Source of the DNA: a bacterium
Lineage (GTDB): Bacteria > SZUA-182 > DTGQ01 > JAFGSM01
Assembly (NCBI GenBank): GCA_049472355.1
Contig: JBLIRP010000048.1
Coordinates: 1 to 29,492 of the forward strand
Reading direction: 5' to 3'
Length of the DNA: 29,492 nt
The notes beneath the pieces were generated by a model. That model did no database searches and was not told the DNA's origin. It worked only from the letters and a program-made list of their open reading frames with translations. Below, in pieces: positions 1 through 9,088 of the stretch. The number at the start of each line of letters is the position of its first letter. The stretch's first letter is position 1. The translations under genes were made by a program, and so were the position numbers.

Positions 1-1
1 C

Positions 2-763
2 ATTTACGGCACCACCGGTTATCCGCTCAGCTATCCCCTCGGGAGCATCTTCAGCGGATACTCTTCGTATAATCGGGGGTTGGGACTGTATGGAGGGCTC
101 TATGGCGGAGGGCTCTACGGAGGAATGTATGGCGGCCTGTATGGAGGATCGCTTTACGGTGGGCTGTATGGTGGATTGTACGGAGGCCTCTACGGCGGCG
201 GACTGTATGGTGGACTTGGTGGGCTGTACGGTGGATTGTATGGTGGATTATACGGCGGCCTCGGAGGGCTGTACGGCGGATTGTATGGCGGTGGCCTTTA
301 TGGAATGGGAAGCCTCCTCGGTATGGGCGGTCTAGGGCTCTATGGAGGGCTCCTTGGCGGAATCGGCCTGGGAGGTCTTGGCGGCGCCGTCAATCCACTC
401 TTTCTTGCCGCACAGGTAGGGACCTGGACAGGCACCTGGACCAACTTCGTGACCAGTGGACTGATGACCCTGAATATCGCCGAAGACCCGCTCACCGGAG
501 GGCTCTACGGCTATGCACAGCTTCTGGGTAACTTTTACCTGGACGCCCTGGTCGAGGTCACCGGCACGGTGTTGAACAGCCAGATATTCGTGGAAGGAAG
601 CGGAACCGGACTGGGCAACCAGAACTTCACGGTTGAACTGATCGGCACGCTCATCACCACATCCTCCATGACCGGCATCTACAACATGATCAACAACAGC
701 AGCGGCGGCACCATCACCGAACAGGGTACCTTCAAACTGGACCTGATCACACCGGTTATCTAA
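2..763 (+). CDS. Gly/Leu/Tyr-rich (GGLY-repeat) protein with a C-terminal beta-rich domain; 5'-truncated by the window edge
   Basis: The frame is open from position 2 (IYGTTGYPLSYPLGSIFSGYSSYNRG...), so the TTG at 80 is probably not the true start. About 17 [L/M]YG units are followed by a ~115-aa domain starting QVGTWTGTW. A terminator-like hairpin follows the stop. Confidence 0.8.
   Translation: MYGTTGYPLSYPLGSIFSGYSSYNRGLGLYGGLYGGGLYGGMYGGLYGGSLYGGLYGGLYGGLYGGGLYGGLGGLYGGLYGGLYGGLGGLYGGLYGGGLYGMGSLLGMGGLGLYGGLLGGIGLGGLGGAVNPLFLAAQVGTWTGTWTNFVTSGLMTLNIAEDPLTGGLYGYAQLLGNFYLDALVEVTGTVLNSQIFVEGSGTGLGNQNFTVELIGTLITTSSMTGIYNMINNSSGGTITEQGTFKLDLITPVI
83..385 (+). repeat. Coding low-complexity GGLY tandem repeat
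   Basis: (GG[G/S]?LY)n at protein level, with heavily varied synonymous codons (gga/ggg/ggc/ggt, ctc/ctg/ttg/tta, tat/tac). Confidence 0.9.
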
Positions 764-783
764 GAAAACGTGAAGATAGAGAC

Positions 784-823
784 AAAGGCCGGCCTCGGCA
801 CAGAACGAGCGCCGGTCTTTTTT
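784..823. terminator. Probable intrinsic terminator between convergent genes
   Basis: AAAGGCCGGC-CTCG...CGAG-C-GCCGGTCTTT stem followed by a T run, lying between the stops at 763 (+) and 826 (-). Confidence 0.6.
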
Positions 824-825
824 GG

Positions 826-1656
826 TCAGCTCACCTTGAATAACTTACGACAGAGAAAGCCGAAGGCAATGGCAATGAGCAGGAAGGCCGCCAGCCAGTG
901 AAGATGCAGGCCGAAAAACCCCATATCAAAGGAGCGGGGCTTGTATCCTATATCGATGGCCTCTAACGGTGCATCAGTTGGTAGGAGCCTTTCCAGGGGA
1001 TTGAACATCCTCTCCACGAATCCCTCCCGGCCCAGATGCGGGGAAAACGGACCCACCGGGCTTCCAATGAGAACCTTTTTGATATACGTCTCTCCGCCGG
1101 TGCGGAAGGAGAGGTCGAACGATCCGGTCTTGGTACCGGTGATCTTCCATTCGATCTCACTGCTTCCGGGGGAATGAAAGGCAGGGGAGACCGCCTCGAA
1201 CCCGAAGGGAAGAAAAAGGGTCACCTCACGTTGCTGGTCACCGCCGGGGTTATCCGCCATGGTGGCCTTAACGGTAAAGGCCTCCCCCGGGGAAATGGGG
1301 CTGAAGCTGTAGCGGATGTTTATTTGTGAAAGTATGAGGAGGACAATGGCCACAATGGGAACAGCCGGTTTTATGGTCTTCAGGAAGTAAAAGAGGTTGT
1401 ATTTGAGGATCTCCTTTTGCGCGATGAGGATCTGCCGCATGTCATCCCGGTAGAGGATGATCTCGGCAAAACGAAGCTTTATCTGGTTCATGATCTCCTT
1501 GAGTGCCTTCTGGTCGGAGACATACTTGAAGATCACCACCGCCAGGAACCCGGTAAGGAGGGCAACAAAGGCAAGTCCGAAAAAGGGAGGAAGCTCCCTG
1601 AACGGCATGATCAGGAGATCGAAGAGCGCTCCGATAATTGAGAGAAAGGTTTCCAT
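826..1656 (-). CDS. Membrane protein, DUF106/EMC3/TMCO1-like (Oxa1 superfamily-like) with an inserted soluble beta domain
   Basis: N-terminal hydrophobic helices, then a charged helical segment (FKYVSDQKALKEIMNQIK), a TM starting PAVPIV, a ~140-aa beta-rich soluble region and a final TM HWLAAFLLIAIAFGFLCRKLF. RBS-like GAGGGA upstream. Confidence 0.55.
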   Translation of the reverse strand: METFLSIIGALFDLLIMPFRELPPFFGLAFVALLTGFLAVVIFKYVSDQKALKEIMNQIKLRFAEIILYRDDMRQILIAQKEILKYNLFYFLKTIKPAVPIVAIVLLILSQINIRYSFSPISPGEAFTVKATMADNPGGDQQREVTLFLPFGFEAVSPAFHSPGSSEIEWKITGTKTGSFDLSFRTGGETYIKKVLIGSPVGPFSPHLGREGFVERMFNPLERLLPTDAPLEAIDIGYKPRSFDMGFFGLHLHWLAAFLLIAIAFGFLCRKLFKVS

Positions 1657-1674
1657 GATTGTCCCTCTGCCTTG

Positions 1675-1872
1675 CTAAGAGATGTAGCCCAGTCCTTCCA
1701 GGCGTTTTTTTACCTCTTCCTCCGACTCGTCCCCCGAATCGAACTTGGAGATCTCACGCTCCAGGATATGGGTAATGAATTCCTCCACCGATGCATACCC
1801 GGATTTTGCGGCAAACGCTTCCGCCCGATCGAGCAATCCTTTTTCAAGCTTGATCTTCCTTCCACCGAACAT
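1675..1872 (-). CDS. Small ribbon-helix-helix/CopG-like protein with C-terminal EEEVKKRLEGLGYIS tail
   Basis: 65 aa with a GAGGAG RBS. Strand-helix-GY-S-helix pattern (KIKLEKGLLDRAEAFAAKSGYASVEEFITHIL). In operon position between the AlkP gene and the membrane protein gene. Confidence 0.75.
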   Translation of the reverse strand: MFGGRKIKLEKGLLDRAEAFAAKSGYASVEEFITHILEREISKFDSGDESEEEVKKRLEGLGYIS

Positions 1873-1956
1873 GTCTGTGTCTCCTCAAACCGATTAAGAA
1901 TAACACCAGCCTTCTGCTACCCTCCGTCACCTCTATTTGTTCCCCTATTACCTCTT

Positions 1957-3912
1957 TCAGAACAACGGCTTACCCACCATCTCAGGCAGGGGCTCAATAC
2001 CGAACTCCTTGAGGATGGTGGGGGCGCAATCAACCAGCGCCGGGTCATCCTTTTTGATCGGACGGCTGGTAACGAGTATCCCCGGCACGATGTCCGTATC
2101 GATGCAGTGATCACCGGTCCACTCGGTCGTATTGTCCCCAATGATTTCCCGCGGGGTCGCCCCCTGGGCGGTCCACCATGACGCCCGGTAGTTCCGGTTG
2201 TATCCGATGATCAGATCGGGGCTGTTTTTCACCCAGGCACCTGAATACACCGTGGCGGGATTGAACACCTGGGAGATTACCTGCTCGCCGTTTTCGGGAT
2301 CGCGGAATGCCTCGAGCTTGCGAATGAGCTCCTCCAGGAGGGCATCCTTATCGCCGGGATTCACGATGCCAAGCCCCTCTCTTCCCTTGAGGTTGATGTA
2401 CAGCCCATTGAGACCGAGTCCATAGGCCTTCGTTCGTTTCCAGTCGATATTCTCGAAAAATTCCCCGCCCCGCCCCTTGTACTCCTTGATGAATCCCAGG
2501 TATCCCTCCTTGTGGAGCCAGGTGTTGAGGTTGAAGTACCGGCGGAAGGGAACGAAGCCGTGGTCGGAGAGCACCATGATGAGGGTATCCTCATCCATGC
2601 GCTCCATGACCATTCCCAGGACCTGATCCATCTTCTGGTAGGTGGTGGGGATGACGTGGGCGTATTTCTCTGCCTTTTCCTTGTCAAAGGCAGGGTGCTG
2701 CGGATCGATGTGCTCCATGAACATATGCTGGATGGAGTCGGTGATCGAAAAGTAGCAGAAGAGCACCCCGTGGGTGAACCGATCGAGCTCCATCTCGAGC
2801 ATCCCGATCCGCTCCTTGAGTGGTATCTCGCTCTGGGCGAGAAATTCATCCTCGTTCAGCACCCCTCCGTTAAGGGCCCAGGTGTCTTCGGGCATTCCCT
2901 GGGTGTAGAAGAGGCCGATCTTTTCAGCGATTTCCCGGGCGTATTTTTCCGGGTGCGAGATAGGGAGCGAGGGATTGTAGGGATCGATATTCAGAGGGGT
3001 CACATAGAGCTGAAACTCGGGTCTCACCGATTTCAGGTAGAAGCGGCAGATGGCGGAGGTTGTGGTGAAGGCCATCATCTTGAACTCGATCCGCACCCAG
3101 TCGCTCCATCCTCCCTCGGAAAGGATGATCTCCCTGTCCTGGATCACGATCTTGGCTACGGGATTTTTGGGGTCCACGTGCACGGTGAAGGGTATCTCCG
3201 TTTTGGGTCGTTCCTCCTTAAAGGGGTTGGTCGGCCCAACAATCTTCGTAGTGATGACGTTCTCCTTTACCTCCACCGGATAGACCCTCCCGCTCGTCTG
3301 TTCCCCTTCGCGGCTGACCGCGGTGGAGTAGAAGAGAAAGGTGCCGTACGTCCCCAGCACATCCGGGGTCCCCATCCCCGAAAGGGAGCGTCCTCCCCCG
3401 GTGGCAGGGGGGAAATTCGAGGGCACCCGCAGGATGATGGCAGGCACGTCGCGGTCGTCGAGCACCTCCCAAAATGGCGTGCCCTTGCGGTATCCGACCA
3501 CCTCCACCTTGGATATGGGCGTCACCCATCCGAACAGCCTCAGCTTCCGCTTCGGCTCCTTGACCTCCGAGGTGGAAAGGTAGGGGAGGTAGGTATTCGG
3601 GTCCCGGGCGATGAAGTCGTAAATATTGTGCCCGCCCGGATTCAGCCCGGTGACAAAATTCGACCACGCCACGGGGCTCTGGGGAGGGACGCTGGTCCTG
3701 AGGGGCCTGAAGTCCCCCCGATCCGACAATGTCTTGAAATGGGGCAGCCGGCCCTCGTCAATCCATTTTTTGGTCAACTGAGGGTCCATGCCGTCAAAGC
3801 CCAGGATCACCACCTTTCGATTCGTCTTCCGGGCGGCGTGGGCATTCCAGGGCAGCAGCACGACGGCCAAAAGAATAAATACAAGAAGCATACGGTGTTG
3901 TGTGCGATTCAT
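1957..3912 (-). CDS. Alkaline phosphatase superfamily protein (type I phosphodiesterase/nucleotide pyrophosphatase-like), Sec signal peptide
   Basis: VILGFDG (metal Asp), PPQSPVAWSNFVTG (Ser nucleophile region), SDHGF and GDH motifs. The signal peptide ends AHA. AAGGA RBS. Confidence 0.9.
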   Translation of the reverse strand: MNRTQHRMLLVFILLAVVLLPWNAHAARKTNRKVVILGFDGMDPQLTKKWIDEGRLPHFKTLSDRGDFRPLRTSVPPQSPVAWSNFVTGLNPGGHNIYDFIARDPNTYLPYLSTSEVKEPKRKLRLFGWVTPISKVEVVGYRKGTPFWEVLDDRDVPAIILRVPSNFPPATGGGRSLSGMGTPDVLGTYGTFLFYSTAVSREGEQTSGRVYPVEVKENVITTKIVGPTNPFKEERPKTEIPFTVHVDPKNPVAKIVIQDREIILSEGGWSDWVRIEFKMMAFTTTSAICRFYLKSVRPEFQLYVTPLNIDPYNPSLPISHPEKYAREIAEKIGLFYTQGMPEDTWALNGGVLNEDEFLAQSEIPLKERIGMLEMELDRFTHGVLFCYFSITDSIQHMFMEHIDPQHPAFDKEKAEKYAHVIPTTYQKMDQVLGMVMERMDEDTLIMVLSDHGFVPFRRYFNLNTWLHKEGYLGFIKEYKGRGGEFFENIDWKRTKAYGLGLNGLYINLKGREGLGIVNPGDKDALLEELIRKLEAFRDPENGEQVISQVFNPATVYSGAWVKNSPDLIIGYNRNYRASWWTAQGATPREIIGDNTTEWTGDHCIDTDIVPGILVTSRPIKKDDPALVDCAPTILKEFGIEPLPEMVGKPLF

Positions 3913-3961
3913 TCCTTCATTACCTTTACGCGTTGAGTTCTTGTCATGCGAGGTATGTCCT

Positions 3962-6091
3962 TCATTCGAAGAGCGCCTTTCCCTCCATATAGGGAGGGAT
4001 CTTGAGACCGAACTCCCACAGGAGGGTCGGGCCGATATCGATGAGCCCCGGTCCTTCCTTGTCTATCGGCCTGCTGCAAAAGAAGACACCGGGGACATGT
4101 TCGGAATCGATGCAATGGTCGCCGCTCCAGCATCGGGTATTGTCCGTAAAGACCGAATCGGTGACGGTTCCGGTGGCAGCCTCCCATGAGGCACGGTAGC
4201 CGGGGCCGTACCCGATGATCAGCTCGGGCCCGTCCTGGCTATATGGACCATGGTTGACCGTGGTGCTGTCGTACACCGCAGAGATTGCCTTTTCGCCGCG
4301 TTCCTTGTCCTTGAGACCGGTGAGTTTTGTTATCAGTTCATTCTTAAGTGCATCGGCCTCCGCACCCGGAGAAACGATGCCCTGTGATTCCCTTCCTTTG
4401 AGATTCAGGAAGATGCCGCTCAGGCCCAGGGTAAACGCCCGTGTCCTTGTCCAGTCCACCCCCTGAAGCCACTCCTCCCTCCCTGATATCCCCTTCTTGA
4501 GGGCAAGGTATCCGTTCTTGTGAAGCCAGGTGTTCAGATTAACCCCCCGCTGGAAGGACTTGAATCCGTGGTCGGAGATCACCATCAGCAGGGTATTGTA
4601 ATCGAGCATATCCAGCACCTTCCCCACCATGGCATCCATCCGTTTATACAGGTCCTCCAGGACCCAGGCATAGGTAGTGGGGTCGAACCCCTTCATGGCG
4701 GGGTGGGCTTCTCCGTCCCTGTATCGCCAGAACATGTGCTGGATCCTGTCCGTGGTATCGAAAACGCAGCAGCATACCCCCCGCCGCAGCTTGGTGAGCT
4801 CGCTGAAAAACATCTGCTCGCGCTCCTCATGATTCAAATAGCACTGTTTGAGGAATGCGTCCTCGTCGATCACCCGCTCGTTGAGCGCCCAGGTGTCCTC
4901 GGCAAGGCCAAGGGTGGCATAGGGGCCGATGAGCCGGGAGAGGTAAGCCGAATAGATGAACGGCGAGGAGATGGGGAGGGCAGGGGACTCCGGATCGATG
5001 TTGATGGGGGAAAGGTAGAGCTTGATGTTGTCAGGGTCAAGGGACATGGGGAAGAAGCGTGCGATCCCGTAGGCCTTCCTTCCGAATCCAAGGCTGAAGG
5101 GAAGTTTTATCCAATTTGTATATGCACCCTGGCGAATCCTGTACCTTTCACCCTTTATCTCAAGGACAGGCCCTCCTTCCCCTGCAAGAATAAGGGAGAA
5201 AGGAAGCCTGGTCGCCTTCGGCCTTTTGAGAAAGGCGCTTTCCGGGCCGGGGATAAAGGAGGAAAAGATCCCGGTGCTCTCCTCTTTGAGGAATATGCGC
5301 GTCCCTCCGGTATGAGCCTGTGGATCGCCGTTTTCCGTGGTATAGTAGGTGAAGCTCCCCTGGGTGCCCCTCAGATCGGGCACGCACATGGCAGAGAGAA
5401 GCCTGCCGGTGAACCTCTCAGGGGGAAAGGTGACCGGCACGCGGATGATGGAGGAGGTGATCCCCGCCTCCCCCAGGAGTCTCCAGAAGGAATTACCCCG
5501 GCGGAGAAACCTGACATCCGGCTTGCCCAGGGGTATGCGGTATTTTCCCAGACTGAGTGCGCGGCGCGGTCTTCCGATATGCACGGAAGAAAGCCGCGGC
5601 AGATAGGTATTCGTATCCCTGGTGAAAAAATCATAAATCCCGTGCCGTGCGGGATTGGTACCTGTCGAAAAGGAGGACCAGGCCACAGGGGATATGGGAG
5701 GGCACGTGGTGCGCAGGGAAGAAAAGGTGCCCATCTCCATGAGCTTGCAGAAATTGGGAAGCAGTCCCTTTTGCATGAACTCCTTGGTCAATTCCGGGTC
5801 CATCCCGTCCAGCCCGATGACGATGGCCCGATGCGTCCTCACCGTACCCGGCCGCATCAGCCGCTGCTGTATCTTGCGTTTCTTGAACCGCGCCATCACC
5901 ATCCTGATCGGCCAGAAGAGGAAAAGGGCGAAGGCAAGCAGAAAGGTCACCAGGAATATAAGGAAGGAGCTGAAAAAGGCAATGCCGGCACCGGGACCAA
6001 TATAGGCCTGGGCAAGGGTTACAGGGCACAGGCAGCACAAGGCAGCCGCTGCAAGTATTGTAATGATGAATGGATATCGATTGTTGTTCAT
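3962..6091 (-). CDS. Alkaline phosphatase superfamily protein with signal peptide, AYIGPGAG motif and TM anchor (paralog of the neighbouring gene)
   Basis: IVIGLDG, PPISPVAWSSFSTG, SDHGF and SGDH motifs. The N-terminus reads LAQA-YIGPGAG-hydrophobic-RFKKRK. The start is uncertain (6091, 6112 or further upstream). Confidence 0.88.
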   Translation of the reverse strand: MNNNRYPFIITILAAAALCCLCPVTLAQAYIGPGAGIAFFSSFLIFLVTFLLAFALFLFWPIRMVMARFKKRKIQQRLMRPGTVRTHRAIVIGLDGMDPELTKEFMQKGLLPNFCKLMEMGTFSSLRTTCPPISPVAWSSFSTGTNPARHGIYDFFTRDTNTYLPRLSSVHIGRPRRALSLGKYRIPLGKPDVRFLRRGNSFWRLLGEAGITSSIIRVPVTFPPERFTGRLLSAMCVPDLRGTQGSFTYYTTENGDPQAHTGGTRIFLKEESTGIFSSFIPGPESAFLKRPKATRLPFSLILAGEGGPVLEIKGERYRIRQGAYTNWIKLPFSLGFGRKAYGIARFFPMSLDPDNIKLYLSPINIDPESPALPISSPFIYSAYLSRLIGPYATLGLAEDTWALNERVIDEDAFLKQCYLNHEEREQMFFSELTKLRRGVCCCVFDTTDRIQHMFWRYRDGEAHPAMKGFDPTTYAWVLEDLYKRMDAMVGKVLDMLDYNTLLMVISDHGFKSFQRGVNLNTWLHKNGYLALKKGISGREEWLQGVDWTRTRAFTLGLSGIFLNLKGRESQGIVSPGAEADALKNELITKLTGLKDKERGEKAISAVYDSTTVNHGPYSQDGPELIIGYGPGYRASWEAATGTVTDSVFTDNTRCWSGDHCIDSEHVPGVFFCSRPIDKEGPGLIDIGPTLLWEFGLKIPPYMEGKALFE

Positions 6092-6350
6092 GGTGTTAAA
6101 TCGTTTCTGCATGTATATTGTATTATCGGATGCAATCTTTAAACCCTCCATATGTATACCATATCTTCCCACAAATCAAATCATAATTATAGCACATCAG
6201 CATATCCGTGTGAATTTCAAAAATGAAATCCCTTCAGACATTGAAAATCTCATGGAAATTCACTATAGTTTGAGCGAGATAGGGTAGTACGGGGGGAAGG
6301 GGGAGGCCTTTTGTTTCGGCTCCCTTTCCCACAGGATGAGGACACATGAA

Positions 6351-7064
6351 ATGTTTGCCAGTATCGTTTCCTGGATTGCAGGGTTGATCATCTTTATCGC
6401 GGGAAGCCTCCTCTCGATCGCGTCCTTCCCCTTTGACCGCTGGTATAACCGCAGGGGAGACCTCGTTCACATCGTATCCCGTTATTTCGGTCGGAGCCTG
6501 CTGTGGGCAGGCCGCATCAATGTAGAGGTGCACGGACTGGAAAACATCCCCCAGGATCGCCCCTGCCTCATCTGTGCCAATCATCAAAGCCTCTTCGACA
6601 TTGCCCTCCTCGACGGCTACCTTCCCCTGCAGTTCCGCTTCGTGGTAAAAAAGGAGCTCTTTTCAGTCCCCCTCCTCGGCCTCTGCCTTATCATGGAACA
6701 TCAGATCAAGCTGGACAGAAAAAACCGCAGGAAGGGGATCGAAAGCATCCGAAAGGGCAGTGAGCTGATCAAAACCGGAAGATCGATTGCGGTCTTTCCC
6801 GAGGGAACCAGGTCACCCGACGGCATGGTAAAACCGTTCAGAAAGGGGAGCCTCATCATCGCCACCGATTCACGAATCCCGGTGGTGCCCGTGACCATCA
6901 ACGGCAGTTACGGCATCATGTCCAAGGGGAGCTTTCGCTTGCATCCCGGCACGGTCAAGGTGATCGTGCATCCCCCCATTGAAACCGAAGGCCTCTCGAG
7001 AGAGGACCATAAGGTACTTGGGGAGAAGGTGCGACAGGTGATTATCGAGGGAATGGAACGATAA
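6351..7064 (+). CDS. plsC: 1-acyl-sn-glycerol-3-phosphate acyltransferase (lysophospholipid acyltransferase family)
   Basis: NHQSLFD, FVVKKEL, FPEGTRS and PVVPVTI motifs with an N-terminal TM. ATG 6351 follows GAGG; ATG 6336 is also possible. Confidence 0.9.
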   Translation: MFASIVSWIAGLIIFIAGSLLSIASFPFDRWYNRRGDLVHIVSRYFGRSLLWAGRINVEVHGLENIPQDRPCLICANHQSLFDIALLDGYLPLQFRFVVKKELFSVPLLGLCLIMEHQIKLDRKNRRKGIESIRKGSELIKTGRSIAVFPEGTRSPDGMVKPFRKGSLIIATDSRIPVVPVTINGSYGIMSKGSFRLHPGTVKVIVHPPIETEGLSREDHKVLGEKVRQVIIEGMER

Positions 7065-7077
7065 GGGTGACGACGCA

Positions 7078-8436
7078 CTAATTCCTGAGACTGCTGATCG
7101 GGGCGGGTATGCGTCCCCCGCGCGCGATGAACGCCGTGCTCGAAAACCTGCTCACCGCCATGATGGGTGCCTTTCCCAGCAGCCCTCCGAACTCGGCGAT
7201 TTCTCCTACCTTCTTCCCGATGACCGGTATGATGCGCACGGCGGAGGTCTTGTTGTTCACCACGCCGATAGCAGCCTCGTCCGCGATAACGGCGGCGATG
7301 GTCTCGGCGGGGGTGTCGCCGGGGACCGCGATCATGTCGAGCCCCACCGAACATACGCAGGTCATTGCCTCGAGCTTCTCGATGGTGAGGGAGCCCTTGG
7401 CCACCGCTTCCATCATGCCCTCGTCCTCGCTCACCGGGATGAAGGCGCCGCTCAATCCCCCCACGTGCGAGGAGGCCATGGCACCCCCCTTCTTCACCGC
7501 ATCGTTCAGGAGCGCAAGGGCGGCAGTGGTGCCCGGGGCCCCGCACGCCTCGATCCCCATCTCCTCGAGGATGCGCGCCACGCTGTCCCCAATGGCGGGG
7601 GTCGGCGCAAGGGAGATGTCCACAATCCCGAAGGGCACGTTGAGCCGTTTCGCAGCCTCGTGCGCAACGAGCTGTCCGAGCCTGGTGATCTTGAATGCCG
7701 TTTTCTTTATGGTCTCGGCCAGGGTGTCGAAGTTCGCCCCCTTGAGCTTTTCGATTGCCGCCAACACCACCCCGGGCCCGCTGATCCCGACATTGACGGT
7801 GCACTCCGGCTCGCCTGCACCGTGGAAGGCCCCCGCCATAAAGGGGTTGTCCTCCACCGCATTGGCGAACACCACCAGCTTCGCACATCCCACGCTGTCC
7901 CTCTCCCTGGTGAGATGGGCGGTCTCGGTGATGATCTCCCCCATGTGCCGTACCGCGTCCATGTTGATGCCGGTCCTGGTGGTGGCTACATTCACGGATG
8001 CGCATACCCGTTCGGTTACTGACAGGGCCTCGGGTATGGAGGTGATGAGCTTCATCTCCCCCTTGGTATACCCCTTGTGCACCAATGCCGAGAATCCCCC
8101 GATGAAGTTCACCCCCACTGCCTTGGCCGCGGTATCCATGGTCTTCGCAAAGGCTACGTAATCCTCGTCATCGCTCGATTCTGCGACTATGGACATCGGG
8201 GTAACGGAGATCCTCTTGTTGATAATGGGAATGCCGTATTCCAGTGCAATATCGTCACCCACCCGCACCAGGTTCTCCGCATAGTAGGTAATCTTGTCGT
8301 AGATCCTCCTGCGTGCCTCATCCCCGTTCGAATCAGCACAGTCCTTCAAGGAGATCCCCATGGTTATGGTCCTGATGTCCAGATTTTCCGCCTCGATCAT
8401 GCGGATCGTTTCGATTATCTCACTCGGATTGATCAT
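7078..8436 (-). CDS. UPF0210/DUF711 (PFL-like) family protein
   Basis: Characteristic [47 protein letters not shown] and [15 protein letters not shown] motifs, ending [13 protein letters not shown]. Confidence 0.93.
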   Translation of the reverse strand: MINPSEIIETIRMIEAENLDIRTITMGISLKDCADSNGDEARRRIYDKITYYAENLVRVGDDIALEYGIPIINKRISVTPMSIVAESSDDEDYVAFAKTMDTAAKAVGVNFIGGFSALVHKGYTKGEMKLITSIPEALSVTERVCASVNVATTRTGINMDAVRHMGEIITETAHLTRERDSVGCAKLVVFANAVEDNPFMAGAFHGAGEPECTVNVGISGPGVVLAAIEKLKGANFDTLAETIKKTAFKITRLGQLVAHEAAKRLNVPFGIVDISLAPTPAIGDSVARILEEMGIEACGAPGTTAALALLNDAVKKGGAMASSHVGGLSGAFIPVSEDEGMMEAVAKGSLTIEKLEAMTCVCSVGLDMIAVPGDTPAETIAAVIADEAAIGVVNNKTSAVRIIPVIGKKVGEIAEFGGLLGKAPIMAVSRFSSTAFIARGGRIPAPISSLRN

Positions 8437-8513
8437 AATGACCCCTTATTCATTCTCTGCCCGTACGCTCCGTTGCAATAATTCCCTGTATGCGTCATTC
8501 ACCTTGCCCGGCC

Positions 8514-8783
8514 TCAGACATGATGCATGGCCTTGAAGACCTCTTCCCGCTGAATCTTGATCTGCAGCCCGATGATCTTCCCCTTATCCGACAGCCTGTT
8601 ACTGAGCTCCGCAAACGATGGCTTCATCTTCGAAAGATCAACGAGCATGATCATGGTGAAATAGTCCTGGAGTATGGTCTGGCTTATATCCAGGATATTG
8701 ACCATGTTCTCCGCGAGCACCGCACTCACCTGGGCAATGATCCCTATCTTGTCCTTTCCGATGACGGTCACGATTGCCTTCAT
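8514..8783 (-). CDS. ACT domain protein (UPF0237), usual partner of UPF0210
   Basis: MKAIVTVIGKDKIGIIAQVS...NILDISQTI...FTMIM...QREEVFKAMHHV, with an AGGAGAGG RBS. Confidence 0.93.
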   Translation of the reverse strand: MKAIVTVIGKDKIGIIAQVSAVLAENMVNILDISQTILQDYFTMIMLVDLSKMKPSFAELSNRLSDKGKIIGLQIKIQREEVFKAMHHV

Positions 8784-8937
8784 ATTTCCCTCTCCTTTGA
8801 TGATTCCGGTTGAGAGTAAAATCCCGATATAAAAAATACACCACAACAATGACGACTATTGTAGCATTTTGCTTTCTTATTTCAACATGTTAATGTATTA
8901 TGTCACACAAGCACGGTATAATATCTTGAAATTCTTA

Positions 8938-8993
8938 TTATCTTTAAATATTATCTTTAAATAATTGACATAAAATATAATGAGAAATATACT
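8938..8993 (+). promoter_or_regulatory. Sigma70-type promoter preceded by a 13-bp tandem repeat
   Basis: TTGACA(8965-8970)-N17-TATACT(8988-8993), with TTATCTTTAAATA twice at 8938-8963. Confidence 0.75.
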
Positions 8994-9088
8994 TATCATA
9001 CACTATTTAGATTGGTATTCCGACAACCAGGCCTGTGAGGCCCCGTGTTCCGCGAAGGTGGAAAAATGGTAACAACAGGAGCACAAGG

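Noticed and set aside
1957..3964. TGA stops of the AlkP genes as selenocysteine read-through
   Set aside because: Both paralogs end at the equivalent GKxLF position and the next genes have their own RBS and start codons.
2512..6142. Long plus-strand ORFs of 474 and 540 aa
   Set aside because: Antisense shadows of the two AlkP genes, expected in GC-rich coding DNA, with no recognisable motifs.
6908..8161. Overlapping 365-aa (-) and 350-aa (+) ORFs
   Set aside because: Alternative-frame and antisense shadows of the well-supported UPF0210 gene.
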